Of a stretch of 38,278 nucleotides of DNA, positions 28,958 to 38,278 are shown in pieces. The notes under the pieces were generated by a model that had not been told where the DNA came from, made no database searches, and saw only the letters and a list, made by a program, of their open reading frames with translations. The translations under genes and the position numbers were made by a program. This DNA comes from an uncultured Alphaproteobacteria bacterium (GTDB lineage: Bacteria > Pseudomonadota > Alphaproteobacteria > Rickettsiales > UBA1997). The stretch lies in the NCBI GenBank assembly GCA_903870105.1, contig CAIQBQ010000101.1, positions 1 to 38,278 on the forward strand, given 5' to 3'. Every line of letters begins with the position of its first letter. Within the stretch, counting starts at the first letter, position 1.

Positions 28958-30401
28958 TGAGTTATAATTTGAACGAAGCCGAATTTGATTCTGTGCTTAA
29001 AAAGTCTGGACGAACGGTTTTGTTCAAAAAAATTCCTGCCGATATCATCACGCCAGTTCTGGCTCTGATGAAGATTTCTCAGCATTTTTCAGAGCATCAT
29101 TTTTTGTTTGAATCAGTTGAGAAGGGAAGTCACAAGGGTCGTTTCTCGGTTCTTGGATGTATGCCAGATCTTATTTGGCGATGTGTTGGTGAAAAATCAT
29201 TTCGTGATGATCGCGAAGAGGCTGATTCTCCTTTAAATAATTTGAGGCGCTTAATTAAAGATTCACAAATCAATTGGGATGACATGACCCACGGTCTTTC
29301 TTCTTTGCCGATGATGTGCTCGGGTATCTTTGGTTACATGGGCTACGACATGATCCGCCTGATGGAAAAAATTTCCGATCGCAATCTTCCTGATGAAATA
29401 AAAATCCCCGACAGCATCTTTATTCGTCCGCAAATCATTGTCGTTTTTGATGGTCTTTTTGATTGCGCCTTGATCTGCGCGCCGATTTTTTCTGAGCAAA
29501 AATATTCAGAAGTAATTTCTAGAATTGAGGAAATCGAAAATATTTTAGTTAAGCCTTACGACTCTGCTCCAGCTCTACTTAAAAACAATCTCAACTTTTC
29601 CTCGAATTGCTCAGAAGAAGAATATTGTCAGATGGTTAATCGCGCTAAAAAATACATCACTGACGGTGATATTTTTCAGGTTTTGCCTTCACAAAGATTC
29701 ACCGCAAAATGCGACAAAAATTTTAATGATTTTTCTTTCTACCGCTCACTTCGCCTAATCAATCCTTCGCCATTTTTATTTTATTTGAAGTTTGATGATT
29801 TTGTTTTGACCGGCTCTAGTCCTGAGATCATGGTCTCTTTAAAAAATAAAAAAATTACCATCCGTCCACTCGCCGGAACCCGCAAACGTGGAAAAAATGA
29901 AGCGGAAGATAAACAAATTGCTGTTGAACTTTTGAATGACGAAAAAGAAGTTGCTGAGCATTTGATGTTAATTGATCTTGGTAGACACGATGTTGGAAGT
30001 GTTTCCGTTCCTGGATCGGTGATTGTTACCGAAAAAATGATTGTCGAAAATTATTCACACGTGATGCATATCTCTTCTAATGTTGAGGGAATTTTACGTG
30101 ATGAATTTGATGCGTTAGATGCTTTAATTGCTGGCTTTCCAGCGGGTACAGTTTCTGGTGCGCCGAAAATTCGTGCGATGGAAATTATTGAAGAAATGGA
30201 AAAAGTTCGGCGTAGTTTTTACGCTGGATGCGTTGGATATTTTGCTAGTAATGGTGATATGGAAACCTGCATCACTCTAAGATCAGCTCTGATCAAAGAT
30301 GGTCAGATTCATTTACAAACTGGTGCGGGAGTCGTCTTTGATTCTGATCCGCAATCGGAATATCAAGAATGTTTGAACAAGGCGCGAGTGTTGATGTCAG
30401 T

Positions 30402-30405
<4 letters not shown>
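28957..30405 (+). CDS. trpE: Anthranilate synthase component I-type chorismate-utilising enzyme
   Basis: The GTG start overlaps the ppiD stop. It has an N-terminal FLFESVEKG...GRFSVLG region (the LLES feedback region of TrpE) and an IRPLAGTRKRG motif (PLAGT as in TrpE). GAPKIRAMEI and GAGVVFDSDP are also present. Confidence 0.8.
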
Positions 30406-31938
<1,533 letters not shown>

Positions 31939-31939
<1 letters not shown>

Positions 31940-32655
31940 TGTTGAGCGATCAAAATCTTTGGCTCAATATTAACAAACCTGCCGGAATTTCTTCGGCAAA
32001 AGTTGTTACGATTGTCAAAAAAATTACCAAAGCAAAAAAAGTTGGACATGCTGGATCCCTTGATCCATTTGCTTGTGGCGTACTTCCAGTTGCTTTAAAC
32101 AAAGCAACAAAAACCTCGGGGAAATTAATGGCGATGCGGAAAAAATATTTTTTTCGTATCTCTTTTGGTGAATTTCGTGACACGGACGATATCAAGGGAA
32201 AATGTGTAGAATATAGTTTAGCAAGACCAAGTACCGAAGAAATAATTTCTGCTTTACCAGTTTTTATCGGAAAAATTTTACAATCTCCTTCGCGTTTTTC
32301 GGCGGTTAAAATTAATGGAAAGCGCGCCTATAAATTAGCCAGAAGAGAAATCGCATTTGAAATTTTGCCGCGCGAAGTGGAAATTTTTTCACTCAAACTA
32401 ATCGTGAATAATCACGACTATGCAGAACTTGAAATGGAATGTGGTAAGGGGACTTATGTTCGCTCCTTGGCTCGCGATCTCTGCAAGCGAGTTGGCGTTT
32501 GCGGATATGTTTCTAAATTAACTCGTCTTCGGGTCGGAGATTTTCTTTATGAAAAAACAATTCAGCTTGACGCTTTAAAATTGGCCACTAATTACCCGTC
32601 CCGTTTTTCAGATGGCTCGCTGCAGTTCATGGCAGGTATGTCTCTAGTGGTTTAG
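31939..32655 (+). CDS. truB: tRNA pseudouridine(55) synthase TruB (short form, apparently without the C-terminal PUA domain)
   Basis: The GTG start overlaps the mdh stop. The catalytic Asp motif is GHAGSLDPFACGVLPVAL, and GTYVRSLARDL is present. At 238 aa it ends soon after the catalytic core. Confidence 0.85.
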
Positions 32656-32684
32656 ATCTCCTTAAAAATTTCAAGAAATAAAAA

Positions 32685-32954
32685 ATGTCTCTTTTGAACA
32701 AATCAAAAAAAGAAGTTATCGCTGAATTCGCTACAGTTAAGAATGACAGTGGTTCAGTTGAGGTGCAAAGCGCCATCATCACCAAACAATTAAACAATCT
32801 AACCGAGCATCTCAAAACTCACAAAAAAGATTTTTCTTCACGTCGTGGTCTACTTATCTTGGTAGGAAAAAGAAGAAGATTGCTTGATTACCTCAAGGCT
32901 TCTGACGTTAAGCGTTACGAAGTTCTTATCAAAAAACTCGATATCCGTAAGTAA
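32685..32954 (+). CDS. rpsO: 30S ribosomal protein S15
   Basis: It is 89 aa with [17 protein letters not shown] and [17 protein letters not shown], and sits in the conserved truB-rpsO-pnp order. Confidence 0.97.
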   Translation: MSLLNKSKKEVIAEFATVKNDSGSVEVQSAIITKQLNNLTEHLKTHKKDFSSRRGLLILVGKRRRLLDYLKASDVKRYEVLIKKLDIRK

Positions 32955-33075
32955 TTTCTTTCGTTAGTTCGCGTATTTTTTACGCCGTGCTGCGATCATT
33001 GAAGTAATAACACGTCCGTGTTGCTGCAGATTAAATAAACAAACCATCTCAACCCTAACTTAAAAAGCTGAAACT

Positions 33076-35454
33076 ATGTCCGAAACTATGTTCAATATCA
33101 TCAAAAAAGAAATTAATTGGAACGGCAAAATCCTTTCTCTAGAGACTGGTAAAATCGCTCGCCAAGCCAGTGGATCAGTAGTAGTAAAATACGGCAACAC
33201 CACCATTCTTTGCGCAGTAACTGTTGCGAGCAAAGCAATGGAAGGTGCGGATTTCTTCCCACTTACCGTAAACTATCTCGAAAAATCTTATGCTGCTGGA
33301 AAGATTCCAGGAGGATTCTTTAAGCGCGAAACTAAACCATCTGATACCGCTACTCTAACCTCTCGCTTGATTGATCGTCCAATCCGCCCACTCTTCCCTT
33401 CTAACTTTTACAATGATGTAAACGTAGTTTGCACCGTACTTTCTTACGATCCAACTTGTACACCAGACATTGCTGCTCTAATCGGAGCCTCTGCTGCTCT
33501 AGCAATTTCTGAAGCTCCATTTCTTGAGCCAATTGCTGCAGCAAGAGTCGGTCTAATTAACGGTGAATTTATTCTTAACCCAAGCAACGAAGAAATTAAA
33601 GCTGGCTCTCTAGACCTAGTTGTTTCTGGTACAGCATCATCCGTTCTTATGGTTGAATCAGAAGCAAAAGAACTTTCTGAAGCTCAAATGTTGGAAGCAG
33701 TAACTTTTGCTCACCAGTCATTCCAGCCAATCATTGCAATGATTCACGAACTTGTTGCCGAATGCGGTAAGAAGAAAATCGAAGTAAAAAAAGATGATAA
33801 TGCTGCGCTTAAAAATGATATCGCAAGCTTCATCGGTGATCGCCTAGTTCTTGCTTACAAGAAGCAAGAAAAACAAGCTCGTTCAACTGATTTAGACCAA
33901 ATCTTCAGTGAAATTAAAGCTAAATTCATCAATGAAACTGTTGATGCGAATAAAGTGAAATCACTCTTCAAACAACTGTCACAAGAACTTGTGCGCAATG
34001 ACGTTTTGAAAACTGGCAAAAGAATTGATGGTCGTTCATCAATCGACATTCGTCGCATCGAAATTGAAACTGGATTGCTTCCACAAGTTCATGGTTCTGC
34101 TCTTTTCACTCGTGGAGAAACCCAAGCTCTTGTTACCACAACTCTTGGCGCTACTGGCAAAGACAAACAAATGATCGAAAATCTTGATCCAGGCATGACT
34201 GAAGAATCTTTTATGCTTCATTACAACTTTCCTCCTTACTCAGTTGGTGAAGTTGGTCAGTTGAGAGCTCCAGGACGTCGCGAAATTGGCCACGGTAAAC
34301 TAGCTTGGAGAGCATTGAATCCAGTTTTCCCAACCGGCGAAGCTTTTACTTACGCTGCTCGTGTTGTTTCTGAAATTACTGAATCGAATGGTTCATCTTC
34401 AATGGCATCAGTTTGTGGAGCTTCACTTGCTTTGATGGATGCTGGTGTGCCACTTAAAGCCGCAGTTTCTGGAATCGCGATGGGCCTGATCAAAGAAGGT
34501 GATGATTACGTTATTCTTTCTGATATCATGGGTGATGAAGATCATCTTGGTGACATGGATTTCAAAGTTGCAGGAACTGCCGAAGGTATCACTGCACTTC
34601 AAATGGATATCAAGTGTAATGGAATCACTGTTGAGATCATGCAAAAAGCTCTTGAGCAAGCTCAAAGCGGCAGAATGCATATTCTTGAAAAAATGTGTGC
34701 AGTTATTTCTTCATCAAGAGCTGAGTTTAACTCAAACGTCCCTCGCGTTGAAGTAATGACAATTCCGCAAAAGAAAATTCGTGAAGTTATCGGAGCACGC
34801 GGTGCAGTGATCAAAGAAATCTGCACAGTTTCTGGTGCGGCAGTTGACATCGACGATAATGGCCTAATTAAAATCTCTTCAAGCAACAGCGAAGCAGTAA
34901 AAAAAGCGATTGCGATGATTCAAGAAATCACTTTCGAACCAGAAATTGGCGATATCTACGAAGGTCCAGTTGTAAAGGTAATTGATGCCGGTGCATTCGT
35001 TAGCATCTCTAATAATCGTGATGGCTTCGTGCACATTTCTGAGCTTGCTGAATATAGGGTTGATTTCGTTGAAGATATTATCAACGAAGGCGATGTAATT
35101 AAAGTTAAAGTAATCGGCTTCGATAAGAAGGGCCGTCCAAAACTAAGCTTTCGCTGCGTTGATCAAGTGACTGGAGAAGACATCACTGAACGTCTTGCCA
35201 ACAAGCCACAAATGATCGACGAAAGAGAGTCTGGCGGACGTGATGATCGCGGCGGAGATCGCAGAGGCGGTGGACGTGACCGTGATGATCGCGGCGGAGA
35301 TCGCAGAGGCGGAGATCGCAGAGGCGGAGATCGCGATGATCGTAGAGGAAGTCGTGATCGCGATGACCGTGGCGGTGAACGCAGAAGTGGTAGTGATCGT
35401 GACGATCGCGATGGCGGCGGCGCTCCAAAAAAACGCCGTGGCTTCTTCGGTTAA
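33076..35454 (+). CDS. pnp: Polyribonucleotide nucleotidyltransferase (PNPase) with a 77-aa Arg/Gly/Asp-rich C-terminal extension
   Basis: It has two RNase PH-like domains, a KH region (IGARGAVIKEI) and an S1 region (GFVHISELA). An alternative start is ATG 33088 (MFNIIKKEI). The tail runs from residue 716 (nt 35221-35451): ERESGGRDDRGGDRRGGGRDRDDRGGDRRGGDRRGGDRDDRRGSRDRDDRGGERRSGSDRDDRDGGGAPKKRRGFFG. Confidence 0.95.
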   Translation: MSETMFNIIKKEINWNGKILSLETGKIARQASGSVVVKYGNTTILCAVTVASKAMEGADFFPLTVNYLEKSYAAGKIPGGFFKRETKPSDTATLTSRLIDRPIRPLFPSNFYNDVNVVCTVLSYDPTCTPDIAALIGASAALAISEAPFLEPIAAARVGLINGEFILNPSNEEIKAGSLDLVVSGTASSVLMVESEAKELSEAQMLEAVTFAHQSFQPIIAMIHELVAECGKKKIEVKKDDNAALKNDIASFIGDRLVLAYKKQEKQARSTDLDQIFSEIKAKFINETVDANKVKSLFKQLSQELVRNDVLKTGKRIDGRSSIDIRRIEIETGLLPQVHGSALFTRGETQALVTTTLGATGKDKQMIENLDPGMTEESFMLHYNFPPYSVGEVGQLRAPGRREIGHGKLAWRALNPVFPTGEAFTYAARVVSEITESNGSSSMASVCGASLALMDAGVPLKAAVSGIAMGLIKEGDDYVILSDIMGDEDHLGDMDFKVAGTAEGITALQMDIKCNGITVEIMQKALEQAQSGRMHILEKMCAVISSSRAEFNSNVPRVEVMTIPQKKIREVIGARGAVIKEICTVSGAAVDIDDNGLIKISSSNSEAVKKAIAMIQEITFEPEIGDIYEGPVVKVIDAGAFVSISNNRDGFVHISELAEYRVDFVEDIINEGDVIKVKVIGFDKKGRPKLSFRCVDQVTGEDITERLANKPQMIDERESGGRDDRGGDRRGGGRDRDDRGGDRRGGDRRGGDRDDRRGSRDRDDRGGERRSGSDRDDRDGGGAPKKRRGFFG
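35239..35340 (+). repeat. Perfect in-frame DNA repeats inside the pnp 3' tail
   Basis: The 32-mer cgtgatgatcgcggcggagatcgcagaggcgg occurs identically at 35239-35270 and 35281-35312. The 15-mer ggagatcgcagaggc (GDRRG) occurs at 35254-35268, 35296-35310 and 35311-35325, with a partial copy at 35326-35335. Confidence 0.9.
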
Positions 35455-35464
35455 GAATTAATTT

Positions 35465-35501
35465 ACGGCCACATTTTTATTTAAATGTGGCCGTTTTTTT
35501 T
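35465..35501 (+). terminator. Rho-independent terminator downstream of pnp
   Basis: acggccacattt (35465-35476) pairs perfectly with aaatgtggccgt (35483-35494) around a 6-nt loop. A run of 7 T follows at 35495-35501. It lies 10 nt after the pnp stop and 12 nt before the bolA ATG. Confidence 0.85.
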
Positions 35502-35512
35502 CGCCTATTTCT

Positions 35513-35746
35513 ATGCCAATTTCTCAACAAGATTTAAACAATCTTCTCACTGAAAGATTTCCTGAAGCAAAAATCGAAATCACTGATTTAGCAGGCGATT
35601 CAGATCACTACGCTGTAAAAATTACTGACAGAAAATTCCTTGGAAAAACGCGCATCGCACAGCATAAAATTGTCAACGAAGCTCTAAAAGGAATTCTAGG
35701 AACTACTCTTCACGCTCTTCAAATTAAAACTTCTTCTCATGACTGA
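35513..35746 (+). CDS. BolA-family protein
   Basis: It is 77 aa with DLAGDSDHY...F.GK.R..QH..V and LHAL motifs of BolA. It overlaps the downstream monothiol glutaredoxin by 8 nt, a classic pairing. Confidence 0.85.
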   Translation: MPISQQDLNNLLTERFPEAKIEITDLAGDSDHYAVKITDRKFLGKTRIAQHKIVNEALKGILGTTLHALQIKTSSHD

Positions 35747-36047
35747 CATTCAACAAAAAATTCAGGAAACAATTTTAAGCAATGATGTAGTTCTTTATAT
35801 GAAGGGCACAAAAGATTTTCCGCAATGCGGATTCTCCGCAACCGTTGTGCAAATTTTAAAAAATATCGGCACTGATTTTCTTGATGTCGACGTGCTTCGT
35901 GATGCAGAAATTCGTCAAGGAATCAAAGATTTTTCTGATTGGCCAACCGTTCCACAACTTTACGTCAAGGGTGAATTTCTTGGTGGATGCGATATTGTAA
36001 AAGAGATGTTCCAATCAGGGGAGCTTCAAGAAATTTTGAAAAAATAA
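35739..36047 (+). CDS. grxD: Monothiol glutaredoxin (Grx4 family)
   Basis: It has the [17 protein letters not shown] active site (CGFS), plus [19 protein letters not shown]. Confidence 0.92.
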   Translation: MTDIQQKIQETILSNDVVLYMKGTKDFPQCGFSATVVQILKNIGTDFLDVDVLRDAEIRQGIKDFSDWPTVPQLYVKGEFLGGCDIVKEMFQSGELQEILKK

Positions 36048-36566
36048 TAAGTAAAATAGCTTCTTTATCAAAAATCAGCTCAACCAACTTCAATTCACAA
36101 AATTAAAGTTGAGCAAAAATCTTAGTTAAGAGAATTTTTTCTAAGTTATATCTCTCCTATCAATTGCAGCCCGACGAAACCTTCTAAATCGAGAGCGAAT
36201 CCAAGCTTTAAAGCTCTGGAGCATTTTTTACAAAATATTAACCCCGAAGAAAATTTCGGGCGCACAAATATTCGGGATTTAACATGAATTTGGTGTAGAG
36301 CGAGTTTTGAATCATAATTTCAATGCGGCTAGAGTGCTTGAAATAGAGCGTGCGCAATTCTCCAATTATCAGTATCTCATCATTACGAGCGAAGCTTTAA
36401 TCACTACACTTAACTTTCTCATTCTGGATTGTCACTTCTCTTCCCTTCTTGCTACGATGAGCAAAAAACAAATCTAATTTATGTTAGAAATATTAATGGA
36501 GGTTGAGAACCTTTCATTGCAGAGTAAGTAAAATTAATGTTTCGCGATAGGTAGTGAGTTAAAAAT

Positions 36567-37442
36567 CTAACTAAATTTTTCTAAGTGCTCGATCATTTTT
36601 CCAGCGATATCAATACCAGTTGCTTTCTCAATCCCTTCAAGTCCAGGAGATGAATTAATCTCAAGAAGTTTTGGTCCAGAATTTGAGCGAACCATATCAA
36701 CTCCAGCAACTTCAAGTCCGATAATTTGTGCTGCCCTGACCGCTAAACTTCTTTCTTCTTCACTAATTTCTACCGATCTAGCTGTGGCTCCGAGGTGAAT
36801 GTTGGCACGAAATTCACCTTCTTGCGCGATGCGCTCCATTGATGCAACTACTTCATTTCCAATCACAAAACATCTTAGGTCACAGCCTTTTGATTCTTTG
36901 ACGTAATGCTGAACCAACACATCGGCTTTTAAACTACGAAAGGCGTTAATAACACTTTCCGCTGCCTTATTTGTTTCCGCTAAAACCACGCCTACACCTT
37001 TTGTGCCCTCAAGCAATTTAACCACGAGTGGCGTGCCGCCAACGAGTTTAATAAGATCTTTGGTGTCGTAAGATGAGTTAGCAAAAGAGGTAACTGGTGC
37101 ACCAATATTGTGCTGAGATAAAATTTGCAGCGTGTGCAATTTATCACGTGATTTGGTGATCTCTTGCGAGCCATTAAGACACTTAATTCCCATCACTTCA
37201 AACTGCCGCACGATTGACGTGCCGTAGAAAGTCATCGATGGTTTTAAGCGCGGAATTACATAGTCAATTCTTTCTAATTTTTTTCCTTCATCAGCAAAAA
37301 TTTCACAGGCATTCGGAGCAACCTTAATGTAACAACCGCCAACATTAGCGAACTCAATTTCATGTTTACGATACTTCGCTGCTTCAATGATACGAAGGTT
37401 TGAATAAAGTTTTGGATTTGAAGCAAGTAAAATAATTTTCAT
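36567..37442 (-). CDS. rimK: RimK-family ATP-grasp ligase (ribosomal protein S6 / alpha-L-glutamate ligase)
   Basis: It is 291 aa with an ATP-grasp fold (PLVVKLLEGTKGVGVVLAE, CDLRCFVIG, AGVDMVRSNSGPKLLEINSSPGLEGIE). It has an ATGA overlap with the upstream retropepsin-like gene. Confidence 0.85.
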   Translation of the reverse strand: MKIILLASNPKLYSNLRIIEAAKYRKHEIEFANVGGCYIKVAPNACEIFADEGKKLERIDYVIPRLKPSMTFYGTSIVRQFEVMGIKCLNGSQEITKSRDKLHTLQILSQHNIGAPVTSFANSSYDTKDLIKLVGGTPLVVKLLEGTKGVGVVLAETNKAAESVINAFRSLKADVLVQHYVKESKGCDLRCFVIGNEVVASMERIAQEGEFRANIHLGATARSVEISEEERSLAVRAAQIIGLEVAGVDMVRSNSGPKLLEINSSPGLEGIEKATGIDIAGKMIEHLEKFS

Positions 37443-37933
37443 AATTTGTTGGGCTCTGTTGTGCGATAAAGATTAAGAATCTCTCTCCTCTTTTGTTCGC
37501 CTTGGATGAAGTCTTTTGAGACGTCAACGACCATTCTCGCTTGTTTGATTGCTTCGCGTCCGAGTAACATACGAAATGCCATGGAGTCACGATTGGCAAG
37601 GGTTAATTCGATTCTGATTTTCTTTTTTCCTATCTTTAAATCAGACTTAATCACGAATCTTTTTTCTTTTTTACCGCCAGAATCTGAAACCATACGACGC
37701 TCGACAACCCTTGCCACACAATGTTGCGTGAGAGTTTTATCTTTTTGTAATGGATGCACATCAAACCTAACATATTCCACATCTTCGAGATAAAAACTTT
37801 CAATATTGAAGGCGTGGAGTGAAGAAGTTTTGGCCCCAGTGTCTATTTTTCCTTTGATCGCCGGAAGCGCTAAGCATGGCAGTTCAAACCATTCTTTCCA
37901 GCCGATCGTTTGTTTGATGTGCTTCTTTTTCAT
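37439..37933 (-). CDS. Retropepsin-like aspartic protease (the family annotated as putative ATP-dependent zinc protease, RimB-like)
   Basis: It is 164 aa. The [31 protein letters not shown] segment carries a D-T-G-A catalytic motif (Asp codon 37843-37841). It is the conserved partner gene upstream of rimK, with 4-nt overlaps with both kdsB and rimK. Confidence 0.7.
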   Translation of the reverse strand: MKKKHIKQTIGWKEWFELPCLALPAIKGKIDTGAKTSSLHAFNIESFYLEDVEYVRFDVHPLQKDKTLTQHCVARVVERRMVSDSGGKKEKRFVIKSDLKIGKKKIRIELTLANRDSMAFRMLLGREAIKQARMVVDVSKDFIQGEQKRREILNLYRTTEPNKL

Positions 37934-38278
37934 TCTTGTGCCGCGATCACTTTAGTTACAGCTACAAGATCTTCTTTTGTATCAACGGAAAGTGGATGGG
38001 CGTCAACAATCTCGACAATAATTTTCATACCATTTTCCAAAGCACGAAGTTGCTCGAGGCTTTCACGTTTCTCCAGTTCTGATGGCGCAAGTGTTACAAA
38101 TTTTTCTAATGCAGATTTTTTGTAAGCATAAATTCCGATGTGATGCAGAAAGTCACCTTTGCCGTGAGGGATGGCAGAGCGCGAAAAATAAAGGGCGCGA
38201 CCATTTTCAGCGCGAGCAATCTTAACGACGTTTGGATTAGTGATTTCGTCAAAATTAATAATCTTTGATGCCACTGTC
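37930..38278 (-). CDS. kdsB: 3-deoxy-manno-octulosonate cytidylyltransferase (CMP-Kdo synthetase), C-terminal part only; the N-terminus lies beyond the right edge
   Basis: The C-terminal motifs [31 protein letters not shown] and SVDTKEDL are typical of KdsB. The frame is open to the window edge, and the track start (GTG 38274) is internal. Confidence 0.85.
   Translation of the reverse strand, partial: TVASKIINFDEITNPNVVKIARAENGRALYFSRSAIPHGKGDFLHHIGIYAYKKSALEKFVTLAPSELEKRESLEQLRALENGMKIIVEIVDAHPLSVDTKEDLVAVTKVIAAQE

Noticed and set aside
32955-33075. The rpsO-pnp intergenic leader, considered as an RNase III autoregulatory hairpin like that of E. coli pnp.
   Set aside because: I found only weak stems (gcgta/tacgc, 5 bp) and a direct repeat (ccgtgctgc / ccgtgttgctgc). 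No long stem supports the analogy.
35183-35461. Track ORFs 35183..35428 (-) and 35240..35461 (+), with His/Arg/Asp-rich or Ala/Glu/Ile-rich repetitive translations.
   Set aside because: They are alternative-frame readings of the GC-rich repeat that encodes the PNPase tail. The pnp frame is continuous with the conserved S1 domain and ends at a canonical terminator.
36078-36114. The hairpin gctcaac...gttgagc downstream of grxD as an intrinsic terminator. The similar AT-rich hairpin caaaattc/gaattttg at 25645-25668, between hdaA and lysC, was considered the same way.
   Set aside because: The stems are short (7-8 bp), the loops are large or the stems AT-rich, and no T-tract follows on the relevant strand. 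This is not enough support to annotate them.

Overview
This is an AT-rich, densely packed bacterial chromosome segment that is almost entirely core housekeeping. The gene content points to an alphaproteobacterium: ALAS-type hemA, LDH-like mdh, GatCAB, the ppiD-trpE neighbourhood and truB-rpsO-pnp. Many 1-17 nt gene overlaps alongside a few long ORF-free spacers suggest a reduced, possibly host-associated genome (Rickettsiales/Holosporales-like), but that is inference only. I support 36 protein-coding genes: uvrA, pstS, bamA, corA, mreD-mrdA, pabB, lpxL-lpxK, gatB, yciB, tsaC, rnhB, a Pif1-family helicase, hemA, ruvX, gatC, hdaA, lysC, ppiD, trpE, tmk, mdh, truB, rpsO, pnp, bolA-grxD, rimK with a retropepsin-like partner, and kdsB, plus several lipoproteins and foldases. 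I found no rRNA, tRNA, CRISPR array, transposase, integrase or recognisable defence or toxin genes, and no convincing new multi-gene system. The most unusual items are as follows. (1) A 335-codon minus-strand ORF at the left edge is missing from the ORF track because it has no stop in the window. It is an orphan protein ending in near-identical 72-nt (24-aa) tandem repeats that resemble ubiquitin-interacting motifs, making it a candidate eukaryote-targeting effector. (2) PNPase carries a 77-aa Arg/Gly/Asp low-complexity C-terminal tail built from perfect DNA-level repeats. (3) A Pif1-family helicase is wedged with 0 to -1 nt spacing between a DsbA-like gene and hemA. (4) There is an overlapping kdsB/retropepsin-like/rimK operon. 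(5) trpE has no adjacent amidotransferase or downstream trp genes. (6) A 19-bp perfect palindrome and degenerate dispersed repeat fragments lie in the long spacers. All functional assignments come from motif and family recognition by eye; no database search was run.
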